64,000 bases of DNA. Source: a virus. This document shows, piece after piece, positions 17,349 to 27,410 of this stretch (the stretch's first letter is position 1; each line of letters begins with the position of its first letter). A model generated the notes under the pieces. It was given only the letters and a program-made list of their open reading frames with translations. It ran no database searches and was not told the origin of the DNA. Location: positions 1 to 64,000 of IMG/VR virus record IMGVR_UViG_3300045988_090463; one strand, written 5' to 3'. A program made the translations under genes and the position numbers.

Positions 17349-17436
17349 ATTATAATTCATTCTAATTGAATTGTCAACACGGAAATTCAAAATAATTGAA
17401 TTTACTATTGAATTTAATTTGATTGTGGTGTAAAAT
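17349..17436. promoter_or_regulatory. divergent switch promoters with AATTGAATT operators
   Basis: - strand TTGACA(17377-17372)-17-TATAAT(17354-17349). + strand TTGAAT(17408-17413)-17-TAAAAT(17431-17436). AATTGAATT boxes at 17364, 17394, 17406 (variant), an inverted copy at 17383, and one at 17116. Confidence 0.7.
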
Positions 17437-17463
17437 ACTAAGTGTAAGGAGGATAAAATAATA

Positions 17464-17832
17464 ATGACAGATGAGGAACAAAAGAGGATATTTTCAAACA
17501 ACCTTAATAGGTATATTTTGAAAAGCGGGAAGCAACAAAAAGAAGTTGCCGAAGCCATCGGTGCAAACACCTCTACATTTAATATGTGGTGTAAAGGTAA
17601 TTCTATGCCGGGCGCCGGAAAGATTAGGGCTTTGGCAGATTATTTCCGTATAGGGATGTCAGACTTAACAGATTTGAAAGAGAAGCAAGATCCTGACATT
17701 GAATTCGGAGATGTAATTACAAAAATCGAGCAGTCAGACCCTCGTTTCAAAAGAATTATTCTTGAATACGATAATCTGCCGCCCGACAAAAAAGATTTGC
17801 TATGTGATTTTTTTGAAAAATTCGTTTTTTAA
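17464..17832 (+). CDS. cI-like XRE-family HTH repressor (no peptidase domain)
   Basis: KQQKEVAEAIGANTSTFNMWCKG HTH. 122 aa with no S24-type Ser/Lys domain. Confidence 0.75.
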   Translation: MTDEEQKRIFSNNLNRYILKSGKQQKEVAEAIGANTSTFNMWCKGNSMPGAGKIRALADYFRIGMSDLTDLKEKQDPDIEFGDVITKIEQSDPRFKRIILEYDNLPPDKKDLLCDFFEKFVF

Positions 17833-17954
17833 GATGTAAGGGTGGGAATTATTTTCCTGCCCTTTCTTCGCTATATACTCTTTTTACGCATCCATAAATG
17901 AATTTTATCATTGATTCATTGTGTATCTTCTGTACCATCTCAATAATCTCTTTC

Positions 17955-18380
17955 TTATAATCCATAAATAACCCTCCCAATCGAAACTTTACTACAGTAT
18001 ATGTCTGGGCAATGGGAAATATGATTTGAACATTTATTTTTATCATATTTTCCGTAAGTCCAATGAAACAGGACACATGGATTAATATTCGCCCTTGCAA
18101 ACTGCCAGAGATAGACCGGAATATTTGTGATTTCAAATATGACCTTTACTTTCACAAATATAAAGTTCGTTTTTACCGGATTTTCTGTGATTTCTACAAT
18201 ATCGTTCGTTCTTAGAATCTCTTTTATGCTCTGGCTTAAAGTTGAATGCTTGCACATATCATCTGCCAAGCGGATGAAGCTTTTACGTAAATAATCTTGA
18301 TTGCACATCGGCAAGTGAATGATGTAGCTTGCAAAGAAGATTACTCCTGCTGTGATCAGCAATCTCTCAATCTTCCTCAT
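17955..18380 (-). CDS. membrane-anchored hypothetical protein
   Basis: N-terminal TM LLITAGVIFFASYIIHL. 141 aa. Confidence 0.45.
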   Translation of the reverse strand: MRKIERLLITAGVIFFASYIIHLPMCNQDYLRKSFIRLADDMCKHSTLSQSIKEILRTNDIVEITENPVKTNFIFVKVKVIFEITNIPVYLWQFARANINPCVLFHWTYGKYDKNKCSNHISHCPDIYCSKVSIGRVIYGL

Positions 18381-18565
18381 AATATATACCTCTTTAGTCT
18401 ATAATTTATGTACTTAGTTATACCACTTTTTGTGCAAATAAACGGGCAAAACGATAAAACTGCATTTTTAATGGATAAAAATATGAAAAATATTTCGGTT
18501 TTGACTATGCTATTGTCGATTCTTGCGGTATAATATATGCAAATTTTACCAAGGAGGAATGCACC

Positions 18566-19084
18566 ATGAGAAGAAAACTTATAGTTGCAATGCTGTCAGG
18601 AATTTTATGCGCTTGCCCCATAGAAGTCTATGCAGACGCTGAAATGACTCAAGAAGAAACAGACATGAATTCTTTATCAGAGGAAGAATACAAGAAAAAA
18701 TGTACCGAAATGTGGTATGAAGATATTACTTTCTCAAAGAAAAGTCTGGAAGGTCAGTTTGTCAAAATAGATCTTTACGTTGAAGGCACTGCAACAATAG
18801 ACCCTTATGATTTAATGATCTCCGACAAGACTGAAAAGTATAATCTTAGCAGTAATTGCAGTCTTGTTGGCATTTATTCAAAAGATACCGACAGCTACGG
18901 AAGCGGCAATGACGTGGGTATTCTATACTCCAATGATTATGATTTCAAAAATACAGACTATGTTCCAGGGACTTACTTGACACTTTATGGGGAAATTATT
19001 GATTATGGTATCGACTATTGGAGCGGTCACAATTCAGCGTGGTTTATGCCAAAATATATCGAAAACGTGAGGGATGTTAAATGA
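18566..19084 (+). CDS. secreted hypothetical protein
   Basis: Signal peptide MRRKLIVAMLSGILCACPIEVYADA. GGAGG RBS. Confidence 0.6.
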   Translation: MRRKLIVAMLSGILCACPIEVYADAEMTQEETDMNSLSEEEYKKKCTEMWYEDITFSKKSLEGQFVKIDLYVEGTATIDPYDLMISDKTEKYNLSSNCSLVGIYSKDTDSYGSGNDVGILYSNDYDFKNTDYVPGTYLTLYGEIIDYGIDYWSGHNSAWFMPKYIENVRDVK

Positions 19085-19230
19085 GGAAAAGAAAGAAAAT
19101 AGATAAAGTGACTCAAAAGATAAAATGCCCTGCTCTTACTTGTCGTAGTGCTAATGTTCAGATCGTTAGTAAAGGATTGTTCTCCACAAAATACCAATGT
19201 AAAAGTTGCGGTCGTATTTTCAAAGGATAA
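19081..19230 (+). CDS. small zinc-ribbon protein (49 aa)
   Basis: CPALTC...CKSC. ATGA overlap with the upstream gene. Confidence 0.45.
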   Translation: MRKRKKIDKVTQKIKCPALTCRSANVQIVSKGLFSTKYQCKSCGRIFKG

Positions 19231-19238
19231 ACAGCAAC

Positions 19239-19270
19239 GAGCCGAGGATTTTACTCCCCGGCTCTTTTTA
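19239..19270 (+). terminator. intrinsic terminator
   Basis: GAGCCGAGG..CCCCGGCTC stem followed by TTTTT. Confidence 0.6.
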
Positions 19271-19478
19271 TGGCAAAACCTGCATTCACGATCACATCTC
19301 CTCCCCAGAGTAATCTGGCAGGCTGTACCAACGTATTAAGATGTCGATTTTTTTCGAACTTCTGCTGAACTATTTACACATTTCCGTTTCAGTGCTACTA
19401 TATTACCATAATTAATTGATTAGATGAGGATAATCTGATGAAAGTTGAAGCGTAGGCGATAAACGGAAGGTGATTACT

Positions 19479-20177
19479 ATGAAAATTGCTATTTGTGACG
19501 ATTGTGAACTACAGGTTGAGTATTTTAAGCATCGGATTGAACCGTTTTTGAAGCAAAACGGTGACCGGAATTATACGATAGACGGTTATTTCAGTGGGGA
19601 ACCCTTGATAGATGATGTTAAGGACGGAAAATGGTTTGATATGATTGTCTTGGATGTAATACTTAAAAACGAAAATGGCGTGGATATTGCCAAAGAACTC
19701 CGAGAGTGTGGATATAAGGGCAAAATTGCTTTCTGGACAGCTCACAAGGATTTTGTTTTTGATGCGTTGGATGTTGAATTTACGCATTATATCATCAAGG
19801 GAAATGAACACGGAAGAATGTTTTCTATGATTGACAATACCTTGAGTGATATGAAACACAAGATGCTCACAATCAGACACAGAGATTGCATTATAAGGAT
19901 TCCATTGAACAAAATCGAGTACCTCGAAGCACGGGATAAGCAAGTTTTTGTTCATTGCACGAACGGGATTATGCACAGTATGTATGCAACTTTAAAGTCG
20001 GTTGAGTCTTACCTTGATAAACGGTTTTTGCGTTGCCATAAGTCATTTGTTGTAAACATGGATTATGTGCAAAAGCTGGATTCTGATTTTACGATGTTTT
20101 CCGGGGATAAAGTGTTGATTCGTAAGAACGGATATGCGGATATTAAAAATCAATATTGGGAATACATTATTAAGTGA
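19479..20177 (+). CDS. LytTR-family response regulator (orphan)
   Basis: REC domain (MKIAICDD...LDVILKN) plus LytTR domain (IEYLEARDKQVFVHC...LRCHKSFVVN). No kinase gene nearby. Confidence 0.8.
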   Translation: MKIAICDDCELQVEYFKHRIEPFLKQNGDRNYTIDGYFSGEPLIDDVKDGKWFDMIVLDVILKNENGVDIAKELRECGYKGKIAFWTAHKDFVFDALDVEFTHYIIKGNEHGRMFSMIDNTLSDMKHKMLTIRHRDCIIRIPLNKIEYLEARDKQVFVHCTNGIMHSMYATLKSVESYLDKRFLRCHKSFVVNMDYVQKLDSDFTMFSGDKVLIRKNGYADIKNQYWEYIIK

Positions 20178-20183
20178 AGCAAA

Positions 20184-20226
20184 AGAGATGGTCTGTCAAG
20201 GAAGAAACAGACCATCTCTTTTTTTG
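20184..20226 (+). terminator. intrinsic terminator (also faces the endolysin gene)
   Basis: 13-bp stem AGAGATGGTCTGT/ACAGACCATCTCT followed by TTTTTTT. Confidence 0.75.
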
Positions 20227-20286
20227 AGTCCATGCTTAAACTCTGGGGAGGAGTTGAATTATGGTATATTTATTATATCACACTTG

Positions 20287-21954
20287 TTACACTTTGCAAA
20301 TATCTTTTGCAGCCACAAATCCGTAGTACTTGCCTGCAATGCGGACATAGTGCCATGAAACACCGTTTGTTGCTTTCTGAGTGAAATTCATCACGTCAAC
20401 AAGGTTGCCTCTCACAAGCTTAGGCCATTTCTTAATAGACGGATAGTTGCCACCGGCCCACGTGCGTACAACCGTAGATGCCGCAGATACTTTTCCGACA
20501 AAGAGACGCTGCGTCTTGTTCTGCTTATTGGTGATTGTAGTCGGTTTGCTTTTAGCTCTGTCAACTTGCAGATACTTAGTTGCCGCCCATCCAATGCCGA
20601 TTCCAGCAACTTTAATTTTCGTCCACATACCGGATTTCTCGCCGTTAATTTCTACACGATTTCCCTTGTTGATCTGTCCGAGAACATATCCGTTCGGTGT
20701 CTCGCGGATGTACAGGTCGTCAACCGTGGATGTGGCTGTGCCGGTTGCTTTCCATGTTTCTACAACAGGTTTCTCTTCTCCCCATGCAATCCAGATATAG
20801 CCGTCGATTACCGGATCACTGCGAAGATAGCGTTTATTTCGGCAGGATCCGCCGTTTGCAATGACTCCTGCTGCACTTGAAGTGTTTCCTTCGTTGGTGT
20901 AGATGTACGTATTGCTATAAGAGCGGACAGATCCGATGTGAGAGCCATCACGGAAGATAACAAGTGCTCCATCTTTTGGCGTGCTGTGCCATGTACCATT
21001 TTTCTTCGCCCAGTTGGTGATTGACACACAGTTGTAAAATCCACCGCCCATGATCTGTAATGCTTTTGTAATACCTAAGACTTTCGCCAACTTCCAGAAC
21101 TGATATACCGCGCACCATGGCTGCCCCTGACATCCCGGCTGCCCCCAAGAATTTACATCACGGGCAAATTTGGTGTAGTTATTGTATCCGGCATTTTTCT
21201 GGAAATCGTCAAGATAAGCGTTTGTGCGTTTTTCCAGATACGGTTTATTGCCGCCATTGTTTGCATAATAATCACCGAGTTCTGTGAATTTTTGTAATTT
21301 TGTTTTCGCCACTGTCATTGCCTCCTTTTTTGCATATTTTCGAATCATTTCGATGACTTTCTTTTGCCTTGCCGTATAGTCACCAACCTGATTCGGTCTC
21401 GGGTCTGCTGGATCTGTACACAATGCTGCATAAATGGTTTCTGAAGTATAAGGCTTTTTGGTCTTACTCAGGATCCTCTGTAATGCAGATGCGCCGCCCT
21501 GATGAATAATGTTGATGCATTCCATCATGGCATCGTCCGGCATGGTTCCGTATTTCTTCGTGATACTTTCAGAATATTCGGCAATCTGTTCTTCCATCAG
21601 CTCATCCTGACACTTGATACCGAGATTGGAACTGATGATAGAAATGATACATTTCGCTTTTGCGGATGACGGGGAAATCGCATAGGTAGACCAGTTCTTT
21701 TTCAACAGGTCAGATTCAAGCCCCTGAGTGTCCATTTTTTTGAATAGTGCCGGATTTCCTCTCTGTATTTTCTGCAAGAGTCGTTTGGCTTCACCTGCAT
21801 ACCACTGACCAGCTCCGATAGTAATTGCTTTTTCGTTCGGAGTGTTTGCACCGGCACCAATGAACGCATTGTAACGTTGTTTTCCATATACCTGTCCGCC
21901 GGTTTCGACCGCATATAAGATTTTCCTAAGTACTGCGATATTTTCTTTTAGCAT
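20287..21954 (-). CDS. multidomain endolysin (CHAP/NlpC-type amidase plus two SH3-like repeats)
   Basis: GQPWCAVYQ (catalytic Cys) ... DGSHIG (His) ... TNEGN. C-terminal SH3-like repeats. Additional N-terminal domain of about 200 aa. Confidence 0.75.
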   Translation of the reverse strand: MLKENIAVLRKILYAVETGGQVYGKQRYNAFIGAGANTPNEKAITIGAGQWYAGEAKRLLQKIQRGNPALFKKMDTQGLESDLLKKNWSTYAISPSSAKAKCIISIISSNLGIKCQDELMEEQIAEYSESITKKYGTMPDDAMMECINIIHQGGASALQRILSKTKKPYTSETIYAALCTDPADPRPNQVGDYTARQKKVIEMIRKYAKKEAMTVAKTKLQKFTELGDYYANNGGNKPYLEKRTNAYLDDFQKNAGYNNYTKFARDVNSWGQPGCQGQPWCAVYQFWKLAKVLGITKALQIMGGGFYNCVSITNWAKKNGTWHSTPKDGALVIFRDGSHIGSVRSYSNTYIYTNEGNTSSAAGVIANGGSCRNKRYLRSDPVIDGYIWIAWGEEKPVVETWKATGTATSTVDDLYIRETPNGYVLGQINKGNRVEINGEKSGMWTKIKVAGIGIGWAATKYLQVDRAKSKPTTITNKQNKTQRLFVGKVSAASTVVRTWAGGNYPSIKKWPKLVRGNLVDVMNFTQKATNGVSWHYVRIAGKYYGFVAAKDICKV

Positions 21955-22027
21955 TCTTTTGACCTCTCTTTCTATTTCAGCTCACTACCTCACACAGAGG
22001 TAGACAGCTGTTTCTGTACGTGCCAGT

Positions 22028-22474
22028 TTAAGAAACTTTCGTGAACTGTAAAATATCAAATGTACCAGCGCCAGAATGACTTTCACTCCAGCAACCAAAC
22101 CATGCATACAACTTGTTTCCATTAACCTCATATTTGGTGCAGATAAGCCAGCCAGTGCTTCGGCAGATGGGGATACATATTGCGTCATCACTGACTTTGT
22201 TGAATGTGGCCGTTTTTTCACTTGTAATCGAACCAGCGGGCACATCAGCAACTGATATGGTCACAGTATCAACCCTCGCCAGTACATATTTCCCTGTCAA
22301 ATTCGTGTTTAGCAAATTAATTCCCAGCTTCTCTTTCAGCCATGTAATCATATTCGCAACTGTAAGTTTTTTCAGTGTATTTCCACTAAACGTTCCGACC
22401 GGTATCAAATCGGTGTCTGCTAATTCTTCCACACTTGCCAAATTGTTTAATGCATCGGTCTTTAATGATTCCAT
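22028..22474 (-). CDS. tail fibre-associated / receptor-binding accessory protein
   Basis: Position after the fibre gene. No TM segment, so not a holin. Confidence 0.4.
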   Translation of the reverse strand: MESLKTDALNNLASVEELADTDLIPVGTFSGNTLKKLTVANMITWLKEKLGINLLNTNLTGKYVLARVDTVTISVADVPAGSITSEKTATFNKVSDDAICIPICRSTGWLICTKYEVNGNKLYAWFGCWSESHSGAGTFDILQFTKVS

Positions 22475-22478
22475 GCAA

Positions 22479-25400
22479 TCACTCCTTTCTTATCAACTTT
22501 TTAATTTCTTGAATCTCTTGCTTAAGACTATCTATTTCTGTTTTCTGTTTCTTTATCATGGCGAACATAGCCGGTATCATGATTCTTTCGTTCCAGTTTT
22601 CAGTTTTCCCGTTTATATGGTCTACTGCCAGCGGAAAATATTTTTCAACATCTTCTGCAATGAACATTGGAAATTCAACGCCGTTTCGTTCGTCACTCTC
22701 ATCAATGTACCCGTCTTTGTATTTTGCCATTCTAGGGCAAATACCATACAGATTTTCGACAAATTCCTTTGATAGCTCACCGCCGAGCACTTTATATCTT
22801 TTGGATGATGAGCTGAATTTCGAAATCTGATATGTATTCATATTAATATAGGCGTTATATCCGGTTGTTACGGTTGGATATTTATAAACGCTACAACCCT
22901 CTCGCAGAAGCATCGGTTTATGTATCTCTATATCGTCATTTTTCTTAAATTCTGCAACTCCATTAACAGTCAAATTATCAAGAGTAGCTTCCCCCTTGTA
23001 GCATCTAAAACTATTATAGATAGTTGTATAATAATAATCACTTACAATAGGAGTATATGGATTTGTTTTCGAATCAATGCCATTAGCCAAGTAAAACTCA
23101 ATTTGAGATTCTGCCATTATTTCCGTTACATAATAACCGTCTGATTCGTACCAATATATTCCGATATCAAGATATGAAAGAATAGCTCCATCCCATTCCG
23201 ATAATCTCAAGCCATTTTTATTTGGATTAATAAATTTTAGTTCTTTGTTATTTAAATCATCACCATATAATAAACCTCTGTTTTCAAGAGAAAGTATCAA
23301 ATTTCCATTCTTATCATAATTTTTCAGTATACCGTTTCCGTTGTTTACACCGCCCAATGAAAGTTCTCCGCCGAGTGCTGCACTGAAACTTATGAACAAC
23401 CTTCCATTTTTGTAATACAACCCATTCCACTTTCCGTCATCGGTAAGGATTTTTACAATTTCCGTTTGCGTCAGCGCGTCTACATCAAGTACCACTGCAA
23501 CGCTCTGCATATCGTACATATTTACAGTTCCGCCAGCCTGATACAGTCGGCACCTGATATTTGTAATATCTCGCGGAATACCTATCGTAGTACCATTTCC
23601 ATCTGTGATCGTCTGCCCTGTTTCATCGGTCAGGATTGTATACAGGTAATGTTTTACCGTATTTTCATCGGACGAACTGGTATATATGGTATTCCATGTA
23701 GTGCCATCTGCGGTTTCTTCAACTACAAACCGTCCTGAGTACGGATGTCGCTCTGCTTCGTTGCCATCGCGATAGTATGCTTTAAATTCCAGAAAATTCG
23801 GACTGATTACTTTGTCTGAACCGCGTTTCAGGACATTGCAAGACGGCTCAAGGATATACGTCCTTCCGGGAATCCCCTGTGCACCAGCTTTTATTTTTGA
23901 TACGGTAAATCTTTTTGCAACTGACAAATTATCAAGATATGTAGCTTTTATATCTATCCATCCATTATCAGCAGACAATCCGGTAACATTGTATATATGT
24001 GTTGCATCACTCCAAGATCCTGTGATACTGTCAGATTTTGTAATCGTATAACTGCAGTCATTTGTGATGTCTGACGAACCATACATTACCGTAGCTTTGG
24101 TAGATACAGTTGGAAAATCTGTAATATTTCCATCGGCATCAGTCGCAATTGTCTGTATGTCATTAGACAGCTGTAAAGTCATGTTTTGAGCTTTTAATGC
24201 AACTTCATCAGAGTATTTCTTGCTCTCCTCTAAATTATCTGCCAAAGCTTCAGATACTGTTTTCGCACCAATTAATACGCAATCGCCACTAATATATACT
24301 TTTTTAGTATCCATATCTACTTGAAAAAGTAGATTTCCATTGGAATCTTTTACCGTGATTGCGCCAGCGTTAATCCATTCAGCGTTCACACCAACTGCAT
24401 TCAGGATTCTGACAATGGTATCGCCGTCAACTGTCATGCCACCATTCCAAGTCTGTCCACCATCGGTAGATACTCCCCATGCTTCCGAGGTCATCTTCCA
24501 GATAGCTTTGGATTCTGCCAGAGTTGGTTTGTCATGCAAATAAAAGATTTTGCTTCCATTTTCCTGCGGCTCAACAGTAGTATAAACTCCTGTTGCTGAA
24601 TCAATTCTTTTTCCAAATTCTTCAAGAGCTTTTTCTCTCTCGGTTTTTTCCTGCTTAACCATATTTCTTGCAGCAACAAATGCCTGCGTCGTCTGGGAAT
24701 ATCGGGTGCTGCTATTTTTAGCAGCGCTTTTGGCATTACAAGCTATCTTCTGACCGGATCCCGGTTTCAATGTAGTTGTGGTAAGTAGAGATGTGTATAT
24801 TTTTCCATTTCTATCCACAATAATCAGTGAATCTCCGGCTTCCAGAGCCACATCTGTAGGGCACTCGGATTCAAATGGTCTAAATCTCATGCCAATGCAT
24901 TTTTCGGAGATTATTGAAGCAATCGTCTGTCCATCGCCAACACGAATTAATTTATTACCAGAAATTCCAAGGACATATCCCTCTGTACCAACCATGTAAG
25001 TTTGCGGATTATCAGAAGAGGATTCGCTGTATTCAGTTACTTTCACGCCTGTGATTATTACATCTGTATGATGCGGTGTAAATCCATAGGTGGTTTCTAT
25101 TTCAGAAATGTTACCTTTTTCGTCAGTTGCAAAAAGCCTCAGAATCCCATCATTTTCAAGAAGCGTACCATTGTCAGCCGACAACACACCATCTGAGTTC
25201 GAGAAGTTAAGATTAACGTTGCTTCCGTCCTGTGTTTTTAATACGCCAAGTTCATCAACTGTAAGTTCTTCTTCATTGACAGAACCGTACCAATTGATGC
25301 ACAATCTGCCATATTCATCGCATTTCATCCACTGGCAGCCAATCTGCGCAACCCACTGTAGAACCTGGCGAAATGTTAAAGCTTCGTCATTTGGACGATT

Positions 25401-25931
25401 TTGCACAATGTAATCATCTCTATAAAAGTTTAAAGTTTGCAAAGTAACTCCACATATCTCGCAGGCATCTCGTACAATCTGCCCTCTTGTTGCCGGATAC
25501 TTCAATTTGCTGTCTGAATAGTTCCGATCAAACTTATGTATATTATCTTCGCATGTAAGGTCTATGGTAACTGTTTCATCTTCTGGCTGTTCAACTACTG
25601 TTGCTGTGCAAATGCGAATTTTTTCTGTAGTCCCATCATCAAATTCCATACCGACATAGCAGATAACTTCTGCTCCGTCAAAATCATAATCCGAATATTT
25701 CCCATCAAAGTTATTAATGCTCAAGGTCAGCACATTGATGATTGTTGAACCAATATCAAAGCTACTATCCCCGGACACGGAATCTTCAAACGAGAATCCA
25801 TTTGCCCACAGATCAGCACTGGCCAGATTAAGAACTGTTCCATCTTTGAGGGTAATATCCGCATATTTGATATACTGCACGTCCATACCAGTATTCACTT
25901 TTTCTTTCCATTTGTCTGATAAAATCCTCAT
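22479..25931 (-). CDS. tail-associated protein / tail fibre with C-terminal intramolecular-chaperone domain
   Basis: 1150 aa. The N-terminus is siphovirus distal-tail-like. The C-terminal ...YGICPRMAKYKDGY...FIAEDVEKYFPLAV... plus coiled coil resembles peptidase S74-type chaperone domains. Confidence 0.7.
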   Translation of the reverse strand: MRILSDKWKEKVNTGMDVQYIKYADITLKDGTVLNLASADLWANGFSFEDSVSGDSSFDIGSTIINVLTLSINNFDGKYSDYDFDGAEVICYVGMEFDDGTTEKIRICTATVVEQPEDETVTIDLTCEDNIHKFDRNYSDSKLKYPATRGQIVRDACEICGVTLQTLNFYRDDYIVQNRPNDEALTFRQVLQWVAQIGCQWMKCDEYGRLCINWYGSVNEEELTVDELGVLKTQDGSNVNLNFSNSDGVLSADNGTLLENDGILRLFATDEKGNISEIETTYGFTPHHTDVIITGVKVTEYSESSSDNPQTYMVGTEGYVLGISGNKLIRVGDGQTIASIISEKCIGMRFRPFESECPTDVALEAGDSLIIVDRNGKIYTSLLTTTTLKPGSGQKIACNAKSAAKNSSTRYSQTTQAFVAARNMVKQEKTEREKALEEFGKRIDSATGVYTTVEPQENGSKIFYLHDKPTLAESKAIWKMTSEAWGVSTDGGQTWNGGMTVDGDTIVRILNAVGVNAEWINAGAITVKDSNGNLLFQVDMDTKKVYISGDCVLIGAKTVSEALADNLEESKKYSDEVALKAQNMTLQLSNDIQTIATDADGNITDFPTVSTKATVMYGSSDITNDCSYTITKSDSITGSWSDATHIYNVTGLSADNGWIDIKATYLDNLSVAKRFTVSKIKAGAQGIPGRTYILEPSCNVLKRGSDKVISPNFLEFKAYYRDGNEAERHPYSGRFVVEETADGTTWNTIYTSSSDENTVKHYLYTILTDETGQTITDGNGTTIGIPRDITNIRCRLYQAGGTVNMYDMQSVAVVLDVDALTQTEIVKILTDDGKWNGLYYKNGRLFISFSAALGGELSLGGVNNGNGILKNYDKNGNLILSLENRGLLYGDDLNNKELKFINPNKNGLRLSEWDGAILSYLDIGIYWYESDGYYVTEIMAESQIEFYLANGIDSKTNPYTPIVSDYYYTTIYNSFRCYKGEATLDNLTVNGVAEFKKNDDIEIHKPMLLREGCSVYKYPTVTTGYNAYINMNTYQISKFSSSSKRYKVLGGELSKEFVENLYGICPRMAKYKDGYIDESDERNGVEFPMFIAEDVEKYFPLAVDHINGKTENWNERIMIPAMFAMIKKQKTEIDSLKQEIQEIKKLIRKE

Positions 25932-25934
25932 GTT

Positions 25935-26297
25935 CTACCTCTCAATAACATCAAAACTGATAGATTCAGTCCTTTGGTTTCCGACCCACCACCATTTAAC
26001 AGGCGCACTCCTGTCGCCAACATAAAACGTTCTGGTTTCGTATTTTCCAGACATCATATCTGGATATGTAATTTGGATGTACTCGGGATTGAACGCTTGG
26101 AGAATCTTAGCTGTAGTAGCCCAATCTTTACCGTTCCACTGCAAAGCTAATTTCCTTTTTTGCGCTACCCTGTTTTTATGCATGACAGAGTCATCAGATC
26201 TTCCTGATTTTGCCGCTGATACGTCCTGTAATCCCCATGTGTAGGAAGACGGGCAAGGCATCGAGACATCGTTTACTTTTAAAAATATTTCTGCCAT
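25935..26297 (-). CDS. small distal tail component
   Basis: Start ATG 26297 behind GAGGTG. Position immediately before the large tail protein. Confidence 0.5.
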   Translation of the reverse strand: MAEIFLKVNDVSMPCPSSYTWGLQDVSAAKSGRSDDSVMHKNRVAQKRKLALQWNGKDWATTAKILQAFNPEYIQITYPDMMSGKYETRTFYVGDRSAPVKWWWVGNQRTESISFDVIER

Positions 26298-26310
26298 ATA
26301 ACACCTCATA

Positions 26311-26341
26311 AAAGAAAAAGCACCTTCCCGAAAGAAGATGC
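26311..26341 (-). terminator. intrinsic terminator closing the inserted cluster
   Basis: GCATCTTC-TTTCG-GGAAGGTGC followed by TTTTTCTTTT on the - strand. Confidence 0.7.
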
Positions 26342-26418
26342 TTAATTACACGAAAATAGCGTCTATCGCTCTGATAGACGCTCTATGATTCTTTATTCTA
26401 TCACATATACAAGGTGAG

Positions 26419-26442
26419 ATTCAGTAAGAAAAAGTTATATTA
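26419..26442 (-). repeat. intergenic box, copy C
   Basis: - strand TAATATAACTTTTTCTTACTGAAT. Related to the boxes at 37185 and 49181. Confidence 0.6.
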
Positions 26443-26799
26443 ATGTTTCTTTTGGATATCAGAAATGAATCTTTCGAATTGCTCTTTGCAAAATGTCTCA
26501 TAATCCGTATTCCTCATAAGAAGTGCCCGATTCTTTAATTCTTTCAGTGCCTGCAAAAACATAGGTACATCTTTTTCCTTTACTTTGCAGATTACGACAA
26601 CATAATTTTTCTCTCTGTGTTTGTAGTCCCCGCAGAATTTTACTCGGACTTTATTCTCTATAAAAATCCGATCAGCAAGAAATCCCATTGTGTCTATGTA
26701 GGCAAATTGTTTGTTCCTGAAAAAATGACTTCTTCCAAGTTCAATATAATTAGTCTGCATTTCTATATACCTCTTATTAATCCAATAACGTAGTATCAA
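26440..26799 (-). CDS. hypothetical protein
   Basis: 119-aa ORF, last gene of the inserted cluster. Confidence 0.5.
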   Translation of the reverse strand: MILRYWINKRYIEMQTNYIELGRSHFFRNKQFAYIDTMGFLADRIFIENKVRVKFCGDYKHREKNYVVVICKVKEKDVPMFLQALKELKNRALLMRNTDYETFCKEQFERFISDIQKKH

Positions 26800-27409
26800 T
26801 AATCTGGAAGTTTGCCCTGTGAATATAAAGGGCTTTCCCGTCGATCATAAGTTTTGTCATTTTAGGTAATTTCTTCGGAATCTTCCAATACACCTCGTCA
26901 CCAGAATATGCTGTGATAGGTTGTCCGAGTTGCGATTTAATAACTACCACTCGGGATTTTCCAAAATAATTTTTATATTGGTTTACGATTCCGGCAATAT
27001 ATGTATTTTCATCAATCTTTCCGGTGGATTGACTGTAAATATCTGTCTGTTCAAAATCTACATCCGGTTCCAATCCGTCTTGCTCGAATATACAGGTGTC
27101 TCCGCAGCTCTGAATTTCTTTTCCGTCAATGTTGATGGTAATTACAGACGACATTTCATATCCAGTAATCACAGAACCGTCACTGTCGTATGATGTTGTT
27201 TTGACCGGATTTCCTTTTACGTTGATTTTGTCCCCGATTGTAGTCATAACCTTTTCACCATAGTTGTCGTATGTATGGATGGTATATCCATTTCCAGCAA
27301 GATCGCCTTTGATATCATTGAGCGTATCGTCCAACAGAGCACATCCTGTAGCCCCCGTAACGAGGAATAAACATAAAATTGCAAGTAGCACATTTTTGAA
27401 TTTTTTCAT
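26777..27409 (-). CDS. lipoprotein
   Basis: Signal peptide MKKFKNVLLAILCLFLVTGATGC with a lipobox-like Cys. Confidence 0.7.
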   Translation of the reverse strand: MKKFKNVLLAILCLFLVTGATGCALLDDTLNDIKGDLAGNGYTIHTYDNYGEKVMTTIGDKINVKGNPVKTTSYDSDGSVITGYEMSSVITINIDGKEIQSCGDTCIFEQDGLEPDVDFEQTDIYSQSTGKIDENTYIAGIVNQYKNYFGKSRVVVIKSQLGQPITAYSGDEVYWKIPKKLPKMTKLMIDGKALYIHRANFQIIDTTLLD

Positions 27410-27410
27410 T

